A stretch of 64,000 bases of DNA from Cyanidioschyzon merolae (Eukaryota). The notes below the pieces were generated by a model that was not told the origin of the DNA, did not search any database, and saw only the letters and a list, made by a program, of their open reading frames with translations. The DNA lies in assembly GCA_000091205.1 (NCBI GenBank), contig AP006498.2; one strand, given 5' to 3'. Below are positions 19,709 through 29,244 of the stretch, one piece after another (the stretch's first letter is position 1; every line of letters begins with the position of its first letter). Position numbers and translations under genes: made by a program.

Positions 19709-20846
19709 TTCGAATGCACGCAGAGGCATGGACACGTATGCACGCGTGCAGCCGAGCATGCAGCGATAGAGCGTCGATCCTGCCGCAGCGGCCGCGCATT
19801 CCCATCATCGATGCCTGCGCAAAGCTATCTCCATGTCGTGTACGGTTGATAACTGAGCACTTCCGAAATTTCAAGCTATCAGGGCTCTGATCCGGTACAT
19901 GGGTGAGACCGCGACGCGACGCAAGAAATCCTCGTGAACAGGCGGTTTTCGCTGACGGTCATCATAGGATTCCGGATATCAACTCGAACGAGGCACGGAG
20001 CGTCTTCGCCTTCATTCGATGTATCCTGGGCATGCAGGTCTCCCGGAAAATAACCAGGGTCGCAACAGCCATCACAGATCAGTCCATTGTGGAAGCGAAC
20101 GCATAGGCATTGCTCCTTGCATCGGATCTGTTAGGATTCGCGCGAGAACTGTCAGGGCCGTGCGCTACTTCTCCATCGAATTGCAGTCGTTTTTGCGCAT
20201 AACTCCGGAGCAACTGGGGATTTCTTAGTTCATCATCCAGCAAAATGAAGCGAATACAGTTTCTTCTTTCTCCGTTATGTGTTGAGCAGCCTGACCGAGC
20301 TCATGCGACGCACAGAATCCGCGCGGGGCACTTCTGGACCTCCCCTGAAGGCCCTGAGCAGTGACAGGCATGATGCTCGTCGGCGTCTCCAGGTACAAGT
20401 GGGCGTCGTGCGATAGCTTCGCGATTTCGGAGAGCGTTTTTTGGACGCTGGCATGGACAGAGACGACATCAGACCGAGGCAAGGCGGATTTCCATTTGTA
20501 CGATCTGTAACGGGACAATGTACCTCGGAAGTGTATTGGCTAAGGATTTCGCTTCTTTCCTGATGAAAAGCCATTGTTTACCTCGAAAAAGTATGCGCTG
20601 GTAGCGCGGACGCAATAATACTAGCGCATCCAGCAAAGGGTCGAGAAACCATTTGAGAGGCGCTTCATTCACATGCCTCCTGAAATGAAGCAAAGGCCGA
20701 GTCGTCTCGGTACCTGCAATAGCGCCAAAGCGCTGCAGCACAACCGCGACACATGCCGCGGCCGAGGCGGCGACTATACCAGCAGCATTCCGAAACCCAT
20801 CCTATGGGTTTGCGGTCAGGTCATAACCCATTTTCAAGTGAATTCC

Positions 20847-22007
20847 TCAACCGGCTGTCTGCGCCATGCGTATGAGTGCCATGCATTTCGCAGCGAATGC
20901 TTCCAGGTGCAGAATGGCCTTGCTGCCCATGCACGCCCGATATTCGTACTCCGCAGCCCAGAAACACAATTGCTGGCCTAGCGCAACGGGCACTCGTTCC
21001 AATAGCCTTCGTAGAACCATGGAAAGAATAATGTCGACTGGGATGCAGTGCGTCAACAGATCGTAGTACAAGGCTCGGACTCGTAATAAACTCGGCGGCG
21101 TTTGCTCCTTGCGGATCTGGTCAGCGATTTCATCACAAATGCTTCGCCAGTCCGGCTCTGGGAGCGCCGAGCCCTTCCGTCCCGCCTTGCTGGTCCAGTA
21201 GGAAGCCTCTAGTGACAGCAGGGCTGAGCGAAGGTTGCCATCACTTGCCCGAATGGCGTGATCAAGAAGCGCTTCGGGCGGCGATTCCGCGGAATGCACC
21301 ATACGCTGCCATACCTGCCTCAGCACCGTTCGCAACTCAGTTTCAGAGGGTGCGCGCACCCGAATCCCCAGACAGCGCGAACGAAGAGGTTCTAACACTC
21401 GTGTTGCCGAGTCGGCAATCAGCACAAGACGACACGTTTGCGCATACTTTTCCATCGTACGCCTTAGAGCCTGTTGTGCCTCCCGTGTGAGGCGATCGAC
21501 GTCGTGCAGAACCACTACCTTGTACGGAAGCCGTTTGGAAGCTGTTTCCGTTGAAGTACCACCTTCCACCATGGCATCCTGTTCCGCAGAACTCAGCAGC
21601 GGCCTGCTGCCCGCGATTTCTTTAATCACGGCCTGTACAAGGAGGCGGTCACTATATCCGACGTCACTGGGATTCAGCTCGATATGGTAGGCGGAGCTCA
21701 CAGTGGTGTACTCCAGGGAGCGCGGAGGATCACCGACGCGCACAAGCCGGTGCTCTACGTGACTGTGATCGACTGCGATACCGTAAAGTTCCCGAAGTAG
21801 GAGACGAACTCGAGTACGCTTTCCCGACCCTGCTGGTCCGTAGAAGAGCAGGTGAGGCAGGTGTGCTGGCGACTCGGACAGGCGCCGAAGCCGTTCGTTT
21901 AACTCCTTGTGCACGACACAGGCCTCGAAAGTGGTTGGTCGACAACGATCAACCCAGAGAAGCCCGGCATACTCTGCGTGGTGTTCGTCTACGTCAACAT
22001 TCTCCAT
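20847..22007 (-). CDS. RFC3: replication factor C small subunit, 38 kDa (RFC3; yeast RFC5 orthology group)
   Basis: The ORF starts with TTG at 22031, and the first ATG is at 22007. LWVDRCRPTTFE matches the N-terminal box. The Walker A motif is YGPAGSGKRTR. The DEVD-type box is VVVLHDVDRLT. The sensor-2 arm is CRLVLIADSATRVLEPLRSRC. The C-terminal KAILHLEAFAAKCMAL aligns with the human RFC3 C-terminus. Confidence 0.85.
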   Translation of the reverse strand: MENVDVDEHHAEYAGLLWVDRCRPTTFEACVVHKELNERLRRLSESPAHLPHLLFYGPAGSGKRTRVRLLLRELYGIAVDHSHVEHRLVRVGDPPRSLEYTTVSSAYHIELNPSDVGYSDRLLVQAVIKEIAGSRPLLSSAEQDAMVEGGTSTETASKRLPYKVVVLHDVDRLTREAQQALRRTMEKYAQTCRLVLIADSATRVLEPLRSRCLGIRVRAPSETELRTVLRQVWQRMVHSAESPPEALLDHAIRASDGNLRSALLSLEASYWTSKAGRKGSALPEPDWRSICDEIADQIRKEQTPPSLLRVRALYYDLLTHCIPVDIILSMVLRRLLERVPVALGQQLCFWAAEYEYRACMGSKAILHLEAFAAKCMALIRMAQTAG

Positions 22008-22031
22008 CTCACGCGCCTCGTTCGCCTTCAA

Positions 22032-23095
22032 GCTAGGTAAGCGAGATGGAGCGCAGTATCGATGATGCTGCTGAAGCGCGCGCGCACGCGTGCCCTTGTG
22101 GTGATGGACCAGATCTCGCCGCAGCCTGCGGGAAACTCCCGCCTGCGATGTTGCCTATTTGTCACGATTTGACGCACGGGAAATGCTACCCAGGGCAACC
22201 ATAACCTCAGGTTTCCAACTCTGCCTCCACTTTCATGTATAGCCAAGATGGAACGGTTGCGCTCTCGCCAAGACACGATTCAGCCCGCAGCGAAGCGAGA
22301 CCGTGATTCCGTTGATAGCTGATCCTCTGCTTTTTTATACCAGTATCGTGTTCAGTAGCTGGTTTCTACTGAACCCTGTCGACTATGAAATCAATCCGCC
22401 TGGAATAAACCCAGAAAATCTCGTGCAGCGCGAGTTTTTGCCATCGTGAATGTGACGCGCCAAATAGCGCGTGCCTCGCAAAAAGAACTGAGCGCTGCGT
22501 TCCGCGCGTTGCGGATCAACGCGCACGATAACGCAGTACGCGTTTCCTTCATGTAGACACGGAGCGCCAGCCCTCGAGCGGGCCGCTCCCGACGTTCATT
22601 CTGCAGTGAGAGGAATGCCACATTCTAAAAGTGCCCTGCAAAGCAGTCCAAGTCCAGAACTGCATCAAATGCTCGATGGTTTCCGTCGATGAGTCACCAC
22701 TGCAGATCCCAAATCAATACGCCTCACAGCCCGTAGCGCATACCTTTAAACAGCAAGCACCTTCACCACGTTGCACTGCACCCTCGATACGCTCATCGAT
22801 ATGAGACGCCCACCAGGCTCGATGCATCAACGATGCAGGCGCGTGAAGTCGTTAACGAAGGAACGATCAGCGCACCCGATACCGCTTGTAACTCCTGAGC
22901 AGCGCCCGCCGTGCTGCAGATGCGCGAATCACAGGCGCCGTGGCCCAATCGGCCGTTCGTCTGCGAAGCAATGGCGGATTGCCGAAAGACTGCCGCATCG
23001 TCGCTCATTTGGGGGGACAATTGGTGGCAGCGCGTACGAGTGAAGACAACACACGGGTATCTGCTGAACGCTTGAAACTCGCTTTATTCGAACTT
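22032..23095. promoter_or_regulatory. divergent (bidirectional) promoter region between RFC3 and the amine-oxidase::CFAS gene; contains a perfect 9-bp-stem hairpin at 22350-22374
   Basis: The genes flank it head-to-head. The hairpin gttcagtag-ctggttt-ctactgaac was seen directly. This is inference only. Confidence 0.3.
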
Positions 23096-26065
23096 ATGGA
23101 GTCAGAGCTTCCTTGTATAGTGGTTGGTGGCGGTGTTGCTGGTCTTGGAGCGGCTTGGGCGCTTCACGATGCTGGACACCGCGTGTGCGTGCTGGAGGCG
23201 GATCCGACGCACCTCGGAGGGCACGCCTACACCATGGAAGTGCCTGTCTCGGGCTCCAGCCAAATACCTATAGATGTTGGCTTCATTGTGTATAACACTG
23301 AAGCGTACCCGAACTTGGTCGCCTGGTTCGACGCGCTGGGCGTAGAGACGGAGCCTTCGGACATGTCGTTCTCCGTGTCAGTACCTCGCGGAGCAACCGG
23401 CGGCGCTCGTCTGGAGTGGTCGAGTGATAGTCTCTGGACTTTATTCGGCGATAGGCGCAACGTGTTATGTCTGCAGTTTTACGGCATGTTGCGGGATCTG
23501 CTGCGATTCAATAAGGAGGCTATTGCGCTTCTGGAGACACTACCGCTAGAGCTCACGCTCGAACAGTTCCTGGCACAGGGACGTTATTCTGACGCATTCA
23601 GGGACTGGTACCTGACGCCAATGGTTGCTGCCGTATGGTCGAGCTCCCCCAGTGAAGTGCTGCATTTTCCTGCGCGATCCATCCTGGCATTCTTCCGGAA
23701 CCATGGATTCCTCCGGATCTTTGGGCGTCCACAATGGCGCACCGTTCGCGGCCGCAGTCAGGCCTACACCAGCCGAGTGATGCAGGCCTTAACCAGTCCA
23801 TCACAGGCCAATGGTGTGGTATCTGAAGTTCGACTGGGCGCGCGCGTGACCCGCGTGCTTGAACGAAAACAGGATAAGGCTGTCGTCGTCGTCGAGCTAG
23901 AGGATGGTCAAGTTGTGCGCGGCTCTAGAGTAATCTTCGCCACGCACGCTGACGAAACATTGCGACTGCTCGCAGAATGGGCGACACCGGAGGAACGCGC
24001 CTTTCTATCCGCCTTCGAATACGTCGAAAACGAGATTGTCATCCACCGCGACGCGCGCTTCATGCCCCAACGACGTAGTCTGTGGAGCTCGTGGAACTTT
24101 GTCCCACAGGAGGACGGCCGCGCACAAGTGGAGGCAGCGTCAACATGCAAGGTCCAGGTCACGTACTTGCTCAATCGTTTACAGAATCTGCCGAAAGACG
24201 TGCCGCCTCTGTTCGAGACACTCAACCCAGCATTTCCGCCCGAAGAGGAGCTGGTACTCGCTCGTCTGCGTCTTGCGCATCCGATGCTGACGCGGGAAGC
24301 GGTTCTTGCCCAGACTCAGTATCGCGAATCGCTTCTGCGAGACGGTTGCAAACGAGATATTTATTTCGCAGGGGCGTACTGCGGCTACGGCTTCCACGAG
24401 GACGCCCTGACATCCGGCCTGGAAGTGGCACAGTGCATCACAGAGCTGCCGATGCGATCGCTGCTAAAGCAAACCGCGTCGCCAGCTGACAACAAGCACC
24501 GGCGAGCGTTGAACAATCACCAGGGTGCATTACCCCCGGCACGTGTATCTCTCTCCGGCACCGTTGGTCGAGCAGTTCACGCAAACGTGCTCAGCTATCT
24601 CCAACGCTCAATACGTTACGGTTCACTCATTGTGGTCCTGCCTGACGGTACAGAGCATGTTTGTGGCACGCTCAAAGTTAGCGCATCGGATAACCCGCAC
24701 CTTCACCGTTTACTGGTTACATACGGGCTGAACGAGTCGCCCGTGCGCGTGCATATCCGACGATACGACTTTTTTTGGCGCGTTGTCTCCGGTGCCGATA
24801 TCGGGTTCGCCGAGGCCTTCATCGCCGGCGACTGTGATGTCGGCGGCTGGACGTCGCGACACGGCGCTGTGTACACCTGCGCTGGCACCGAGCTAGTGCG
24901 TCTGTTCAAGTTGTTTATCCTGAATCGGGACGAGGGAGCGCTTTCTCCCGCCAAACTCGGTCTCGCAGCGCGCCTAGGCATGTGGTATAACGCAGCCCTG
25001 CACCTTGTATGGCGACGGAATACCCTCCGAGGCAGTCAGAAGAACATTGAATCGCATTATGATTTAAGCAATGACTTGTTTGCTACATTTCTAGGCGATC
25101 TCTGGGTATACTCTTGCGCGCTGTGGGCGCGTCCCGATATGGATTTGGACGAAGCCCAGCGAGCCAAACTGCAGCGCATCATCGAGAAACTCCGCCTCGA
25201 TACCGCGGAGTCTGTGCTGGAGATTGGTTGCGGCTGGGGTGCGCTCGCGATAGAGATTGCCCGCCAGTATCCCAGGGTGCGTGTGTTGGGCATTACGCTC
25301 TCCAGAGAACAGCTGCGGCACGCGCAGGCGTGGGCGGCTCGCGTTGGTGTCGCTGATCGTGTCACTTTCCGTCTGGAGGATTATCGAACGCTGACCCGAA
25401 TGCCAAAAGAGGAAGTGGCGCGTGGCGACGCCGCACAAGCTGGGCGCCCGGTGGATTCGCGTAATGGCCTGATGAAGACGGCAGCCGTCGGGGGCCACGG
25501 ACGCCACGACCTCACCTTCGACCGGATAGTCAGCATCGAGATGCTTGAAGCGGTAGGGCATGAATTCCTCGGGGACTTTTTCGCCGCATGTGATCGCCTC
25601 TTGTCACCGAGTGGACTTGTTGTGGTGCAAGTCATTACAACGCCGGAAGTGCGTTACGAAAGCTACCGCAAGTCATCGGACTTTATCAACAAGCATATCT
25701 TCCCCGGCAGCTGTTGCCCTTCGTTCCATGCGCTGGTTCATGCCTGTGCAGTGGCTGCACCAGCGCTCAGCGTAGTCGATGTCGAGAGCATTGGTGTTCA
25801 CTACGCACCAACGCTGGCGTCTTGGCAGCAGCGTTTCATGGAAAACCTTGGTCGAGTTCGCCAGCTAGGATTCTCTGAGGCATTTATACGCAAGTTTCTC
25901 TACTATTTGAGTTACTGCGAGGCGGGCTTTGCGACTCGGACGTTAGATGATCTGCAAATCGTCTTTTCGCGCCCTGGAAACGTACTGAGCCTGGGGGGCG
26001 AGCCCCGAGTCTCCACCGTAGCCAGGTACCGAGAGCGCGGCGCGCTCGACAGCTCAACGAGCTAG
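23096..26065 (+). CDS. plant-type cyclopropane-fatty-acid synthase fusion protein: N-terminal FAD amine-oxidase domain plus C-terminal SAM-dependent CFA-synthase methyltransferase domain
   Basis: The ORF starts with GTG at 22940, and the first ATG is at 23096, placing the Rossmann motif IVVGGGVAGLGAAWALHDAGHRVCVLEA...GGH at the N-terminus. CFAS motifs are present: ESHYDLSNDLFATFLGDLWVYSCALW and LEIGCGWGALAIEIARQYPRVRVLGITLSREQ. The stop codon is TAG. Confidence 0.8.
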   Translation: MESELPCIVVGGGVAGLGAAWALHDAGHRVCVLEADPTHLGGHAYTMEVPVSGSSQIPIDVGFIVYNTEAYPNLVAWFDALGVETEPSDMSFSVSVPRGATGGARLEWSSDSLWTLFGDRRNVLCLQFYGMLRDLLRFNKEAIALLETLPLELTLEQFLAQGRYSDAFRDWYLTPMVAAVWSSSPSEVLHFPARSILAFFRNHGFLRIFGRPQWRTVRGRSQAYTSRVMQALTSPSQANGVVSEVRLGARVTRVLERKQDKAVVVVELEDGQVVRGSRVIFATHADETLRLLAEWATPEERAFLSAFEYVENEIVIHRDARFMPQRRSLWSSWNFVPQEDGRAQVEAASTCKVQVTYLLNRLQNLPKDVPPLFETLNPAFPPEEELVLARLRLAHPMLTREAVLAQTQYRESLLRDGCKRDIYFAGAYCGYGFHEDALTSGLEVAQCITELPMRSLLKQTASPADNKHRRALNNHQGALPPARVSLSGTVGRAVHANVLSYLQRSIRYGSLIVVLPDGTEHVCGTLKVSASDNPHLHRLLVTYGLNESPVRVHIRRYDFFWRVVSGADIGFAEAFIAGDCDVGGWTSRHGAVYTCAGTELVRLFKLFILNRDEGALSPAKLGLAARLGMWYNAALHLVWRRNTLRGSQKNIESHYDLSNDLFATFLGDLWVYSCALWARPDMDLDEAQRAKLQRIIEKLRLDTAESVLEIGCGWGALAIEIARQYPRVRVLGITLSREQLRHAQAWAARVGVADRVTFRLEDYRTLTRMPKEEVARGDAAQAGRPVDSRNGLMKTAAVGGHGRHDLTFDRIVSIEMLEAVGHEFLGDFFAACDRLLSPSGLVVVQVITTPEVRYESYRKSSDFINKHIFPGSCCPSFHALVHACAVAAPALSVVDVESIGVHYAPTLASWQQRFMENLGRVRQLGFSEAFIRKFLYYLSYCEAGFATRTLDDLQIVFSRPGNVLSLGGEPRVSTVARYRERGALDSSTS

Positions 26066-26585
26066 TGTGCCGGTGTCGTTCGCAACACTCTGTCCGACGA
26101 GGTCCAGCGTAGTGACCCATGCGTGAGCCGCGAGACGCTGTGTAGCACGCCGGTACGCATGGCGGGAGTCAGGCGTTCGGACTTGCGCACATGTCAAGTG
26201 CAGTCTCCGCGATACGCGTAATGCAGTCCTGGGGATGCACGCGTGCTCACGGTATGGAGGGCTGGTCTGACTGCAGCGCGCCCTGACAGTCTTGTTCCGC
26301 AGCACAGTACCTGAACTCGGATGGGAGGCTGCAACTTGGCGCTCTCTCACTCCTTTGATGAGATAGCGTATTCGCAAGCCAATGTATCGTTTTCGTGAAC
26401 AACTCGATTCTGGAGGCTACGGCAGCCGGGCATGCGCATACGAAGGATTCGTGTGCAGCTTGGGGCGCTTTTGGCTCGATCGCTGGCACCGCAGCGCAGT
26501 GTCGAGCGCGGTACCGCCTGCATGCATTCGTACACACGTACGCTGTACATACTTGGAATGAAAATGCAATATTTCCCGAAAGTGT

Positions 26586-27929
26586 TTACATGTGCGACGC
26601 GGGCACCTCATGTGGGCGAGCGCGCCGTCCCCGCGGTCGACGCATTACGAGTCGCACAGGCCGCAACAGAACACGCACCAGCGCCCGCAACAAGTTGACC
26701 AGATATATGCCTGGCTGCGCAATAGCAACGATAAGCGCAATGAGCCGCGCAAGCAATGTTTGCGTGCCCTGCGGATGCGGATAGAACGGAAATCCCCGAA
26801 AGTACAGTTTTGCGGCTTCGTAATGAATAGCAACCATCGCCTGCAGGGTTATCAGCGGATATACGAGCAGGCAGAGGACCATATTCATTGCGGTCAACTC
26901 AACCCGATGTAGTTTCAAACTGGCACCAAAAAACTTTTGGAATCCGCTTGGGGATGCGGATGCATCTCCGTTCGCTGTCGGTTGCCGCTGCAGGAGCTCA
27001 ACGAAGACTCGCAGCTGCCGGCACCCTGGCTGAGAGAATAACCATCTGTACTCGATGCCCTCCATCGCAATAAACGGTGAAACATGGAATTCCTTCGGAT
27101 GCACGACACTGATCACAAAGCACGGCGAGGAGGGCGTGCCCCCGTTCAGCGACGCACCGCTATCGACTCGCGACATGGGTCGCGGGCACCATCGCCAAGC
27201 CGAGGCGGAAGAAGTGCCCGTGGAGGCCGCCGCCGCCACCTCCTGCGAAGAGGCCCCTTCGACTGCCGCTGCCGTTGTTGTCACCGAGGAGCACGCGTGC
27301 CGCTTCTCGTTGCCAGCGAGTTTGTGATAACGATCGCCATCGGTTGCCGGCTGGATACAATCCTCGTTTTCGTCGTCTGGTGGCATCTGGGCTGCATCGT
27401 TGAGACTATTCGTCCGCGAAAACGGTGGCCATGCAACTGAAGAATATTCTCTCGCACGAAGCACATATGCATGCTGTTCAAACCATGGGATATTATTCAC
27501 CTCAGCCACAATGTATTCGACATTTTTCCCGTCTTCGTCGAGAATATAATAGAAGGATACCGGGTTGAAGGCGATGCCGAGGTAAGTGAGGTGCGTCAGC
27601 AAACAAACCCGTCCTTTGGGGGCACTTTCAAGGCGCAGTTCACGCTGCACATAGCGCCGCACAGCAACAGCGAGTAGTTCCGCTTCAGAACCAGCTCCAA
27701 GTGCTGACTTTTCAGGGCCCAGCTCTCGCAGGTGGTGCTTGCTGCGAAACCATGCCACTGCTGGCAACCAGCGCCTTGCACTAAAAAGCGGCCACCAAGG
27801 AAACCGCCAACGCTCCCTCGCCAACTCGTCCAAGTCCAAATAAACCATAAAAAGTGCATAGGAGAACTGGTACGCAGCCGGGTAGCGCCGTGAGTGCGTG
27901 ACGCTCCCACAGTAGAGCGCGGAACGCAT
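26586..27929 (-). CDS. DUF1365 family protein (the partner protein found next to amine-oxidase and CFA-synthase genes in bacteria)
   Basis: The first ATG of the long ORF is at 27929, and the ORF 26586-28337 contains a translated CAG-repeat poly-Cys upstream. The DUF1365 signature is present: LYCGSVTHSRRYPAAYQFSYALFMVYLDLDEL...LTHLTYLGIAFNPVSFYYILDEDG...EVNNIPWFEQHAYVL...EFHVSPF. Confidence 0.7.
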   Translation of the reverse strand: MRSALYCGSVTHSRRYPAAYQFSYALFMVYLDLDELARERWRFPWWPLFSARRWLPAVAWFRSKHHLRELGPEKSALGAGSEAELLAVAVRRYVQRELRLESAPKGRVCLLTHLTYLGIAFNPVSFYYILDEDGKNVEYIVAEVNNIPWFEQHAYVLRAREYSSVAWPPFSRTNSLNDAAQMPPDDENEDCIQPATDGDRYHKLAGNEKRHACSSVTTTAAAVEGASSQEVAAAASTGTSSASAWRWCPRPMSRVDSGASLNGGTPSSPCFVISVVHPKEFHVSPFIAMEGIEYRWLFSQPGCRQLRVFVELLQRQPTANGDASASPSGFQKFFGASLKLHRVELTAMNMVLCLLVYPLITLQAMVAIHYEAAKLYFRGFPFYPHPQGTQTLLARLIALIVAIAQPGIYLVNLLRALVRVLLRPVRLVMRRPRGRRARPHEVPASHM

Positions 27930-28163
27930 CGCAGCGCGCCCGGCAACGACCGACGATCGAGTCGCCCGCCAAAACGCTGTCAACGTGGATTTACTGCAGT
28001 ACCAAAACACTTGGAAGAAAGAACGAAGCACGTACGTACGCACGTAAACAAAATAGCCCTTGGCTTCGATACCAACGCGTATCACTGCAGAAGCGCCCCG
28101 GCAGACATGCGCTGAGAGGCATCCGGCATCTACGGTGTACCGCCGCCGCTGCGAGTACGCCGG

Positions 28164-28164
<1 letters not shown>

Positions 28165-28191
<27 letters not shown>
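28165..28191. repeat. (CAG)9 microsatellite
   Basis: cagcagcagcagcagcagcagcagcag; it translates as poly-Cys or poly-Leu in spurious ORFs. Confidence 0.9.
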
Positions 28192-28194
<3 letters not shown>

Positions 28195-28334
28195 CCGCGC
28201 CATCCGCAGGGCAGCGTACGGAGCGGCAGGCACTGGTGCGATCGCTGTCCAATGATGGGCAGTTTCTCGAAGACGAAACGTTCACGTGGACCATGGATCC
28301 CAGATTGTGGGGTAGATATTCGCGCTGGGGAAAG

Positions 28335-28660
28335 CATCCACGAATCTGTACTCTGCCTTCAAGTTCGGTTCCTTACTCTTGCTCTAGGATATTCTGGTGG
28401 TTTTGTACGTAATATCGAGCGTCGAGTGCCTGCTCTGAGTATCCACGAAACTGTACTCTGCCTTCAAGTTCGGTTACTTACTCTTGCTCTAGGATATTCT
28501 GGTGGTTTTGTACGTAATATCGAGCGTCGAGTGCCTGCTCTGAGCATCCACGAATCTGTACTCTGCCTTCAAGTTCGATTACTTACTCTTGCTCTAGGAT
28601 ATTCTGGTGGTTTCGTACGTAATATCGAGCGTCGAGTGCCTGCTCTGAGCATCCGCCGGA
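28335..28660. repeat. 105-bp tandem repeat array, about 3.1 units, forming the subterminal region of transposon copy c2
   Basis: The unit catccacgaatctgtactctgccttcaagttcggtt(c/a)cttactcttgctctaggatattctggtggttt(t/c)gtacgtaatatcgagcgtcgagtgcctgctctgag starts at 28335, 28440 and 28545. One diverged unit lies in each c1 TIR, one at 38700-38800, and a partial unit at 57790-57840. Confidence 0.85.
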
Positions 28661-29244
28661 GCGGTTATATATCGCTGGTGCAGATGCATCATAGAGACGG
28701 AAATGCTCTGCCGTACCACTGGGGGTGTCGGCTCGAGGTATCTTTAAATCAGCACGGAATCGGAGTACGTAATCATTCGGGGAGTCAGCAAGCTGCGTAG
28801 ACATACCTACTGCCTGAGGCAGCACGGCGCGGTATACGAAGATACTACGGCAAGCAGGGCGACGCCGAGACGCAGCATACCCGCTCCTGGTCCCAGAATG
28901 AACTGCGTTGTGGACGAGTTGCTCAGCTCTTGCTCCAGCGCTAGGCATTGGGCGGGCCTGACGTACGAGCTTGAGAGACATGTCCGGCTCGCGGTGCCTA
29001 CCGCCGAAAAGGTAAACTTTCGAAACTATGCGAACCTTCTCCCCCTTTTTCAAAGTTTATCGTGGAGGGCGAGACAAATCGGTATCTCGTTGCTAGTCTG
29101 TGGATAGTTTCTATACTATTTTCTAGATAGCGCTGTCGATACGCGCACCTCCATATCTGGCAGGCATGATGTACGATGCTCATGTCGCTGTTGGAAGGAA
29201 ACGCGATCTTGATATTTCGCTTGTTGCTCTAACGGACAAGCTGT

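Noticed and set aside
18913-19890. 325-aa plus-strand ORF with an H11 run overlapping the RPB3 5' end
   Set aside because: It is composed of the His-codon microsatellite and the 45-bp tandem duplication, has no domain, and is antisense to or upstream of a well-supported gene.
27991-28233. Signal-peptide-like ORF MARLLLLLLLLLLPGVLAAAA upstream of the DUF1365 gene
   Set aside because: The poly-Leu is simply the (CAG)9/(CTG)9 microsatellite translated, and it is in a different frame from the DUF1365 ORF.
28335-28660. Regularly spaced 105-bp direct repeats that could be mistaken for a CRISPR array
   Set aside because: The units are contiguous with no spacers and are far longer than CRISPR repeats. 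The context is eukaryotic nuclear DNA, and the units belong to a transposon subterminus.
28252-28800. 182-aa ORF with internally repeated peptide (SIHESVLCLQVRLLTLALGYSGGFVRNIERRVPAL three times)
   Set aside because: It is the translation of the 105-bp subterminal tandem array of transposon copy c2 and not a repeat protein. The same DNA unit occurs non-coding in the c1 TIRs.
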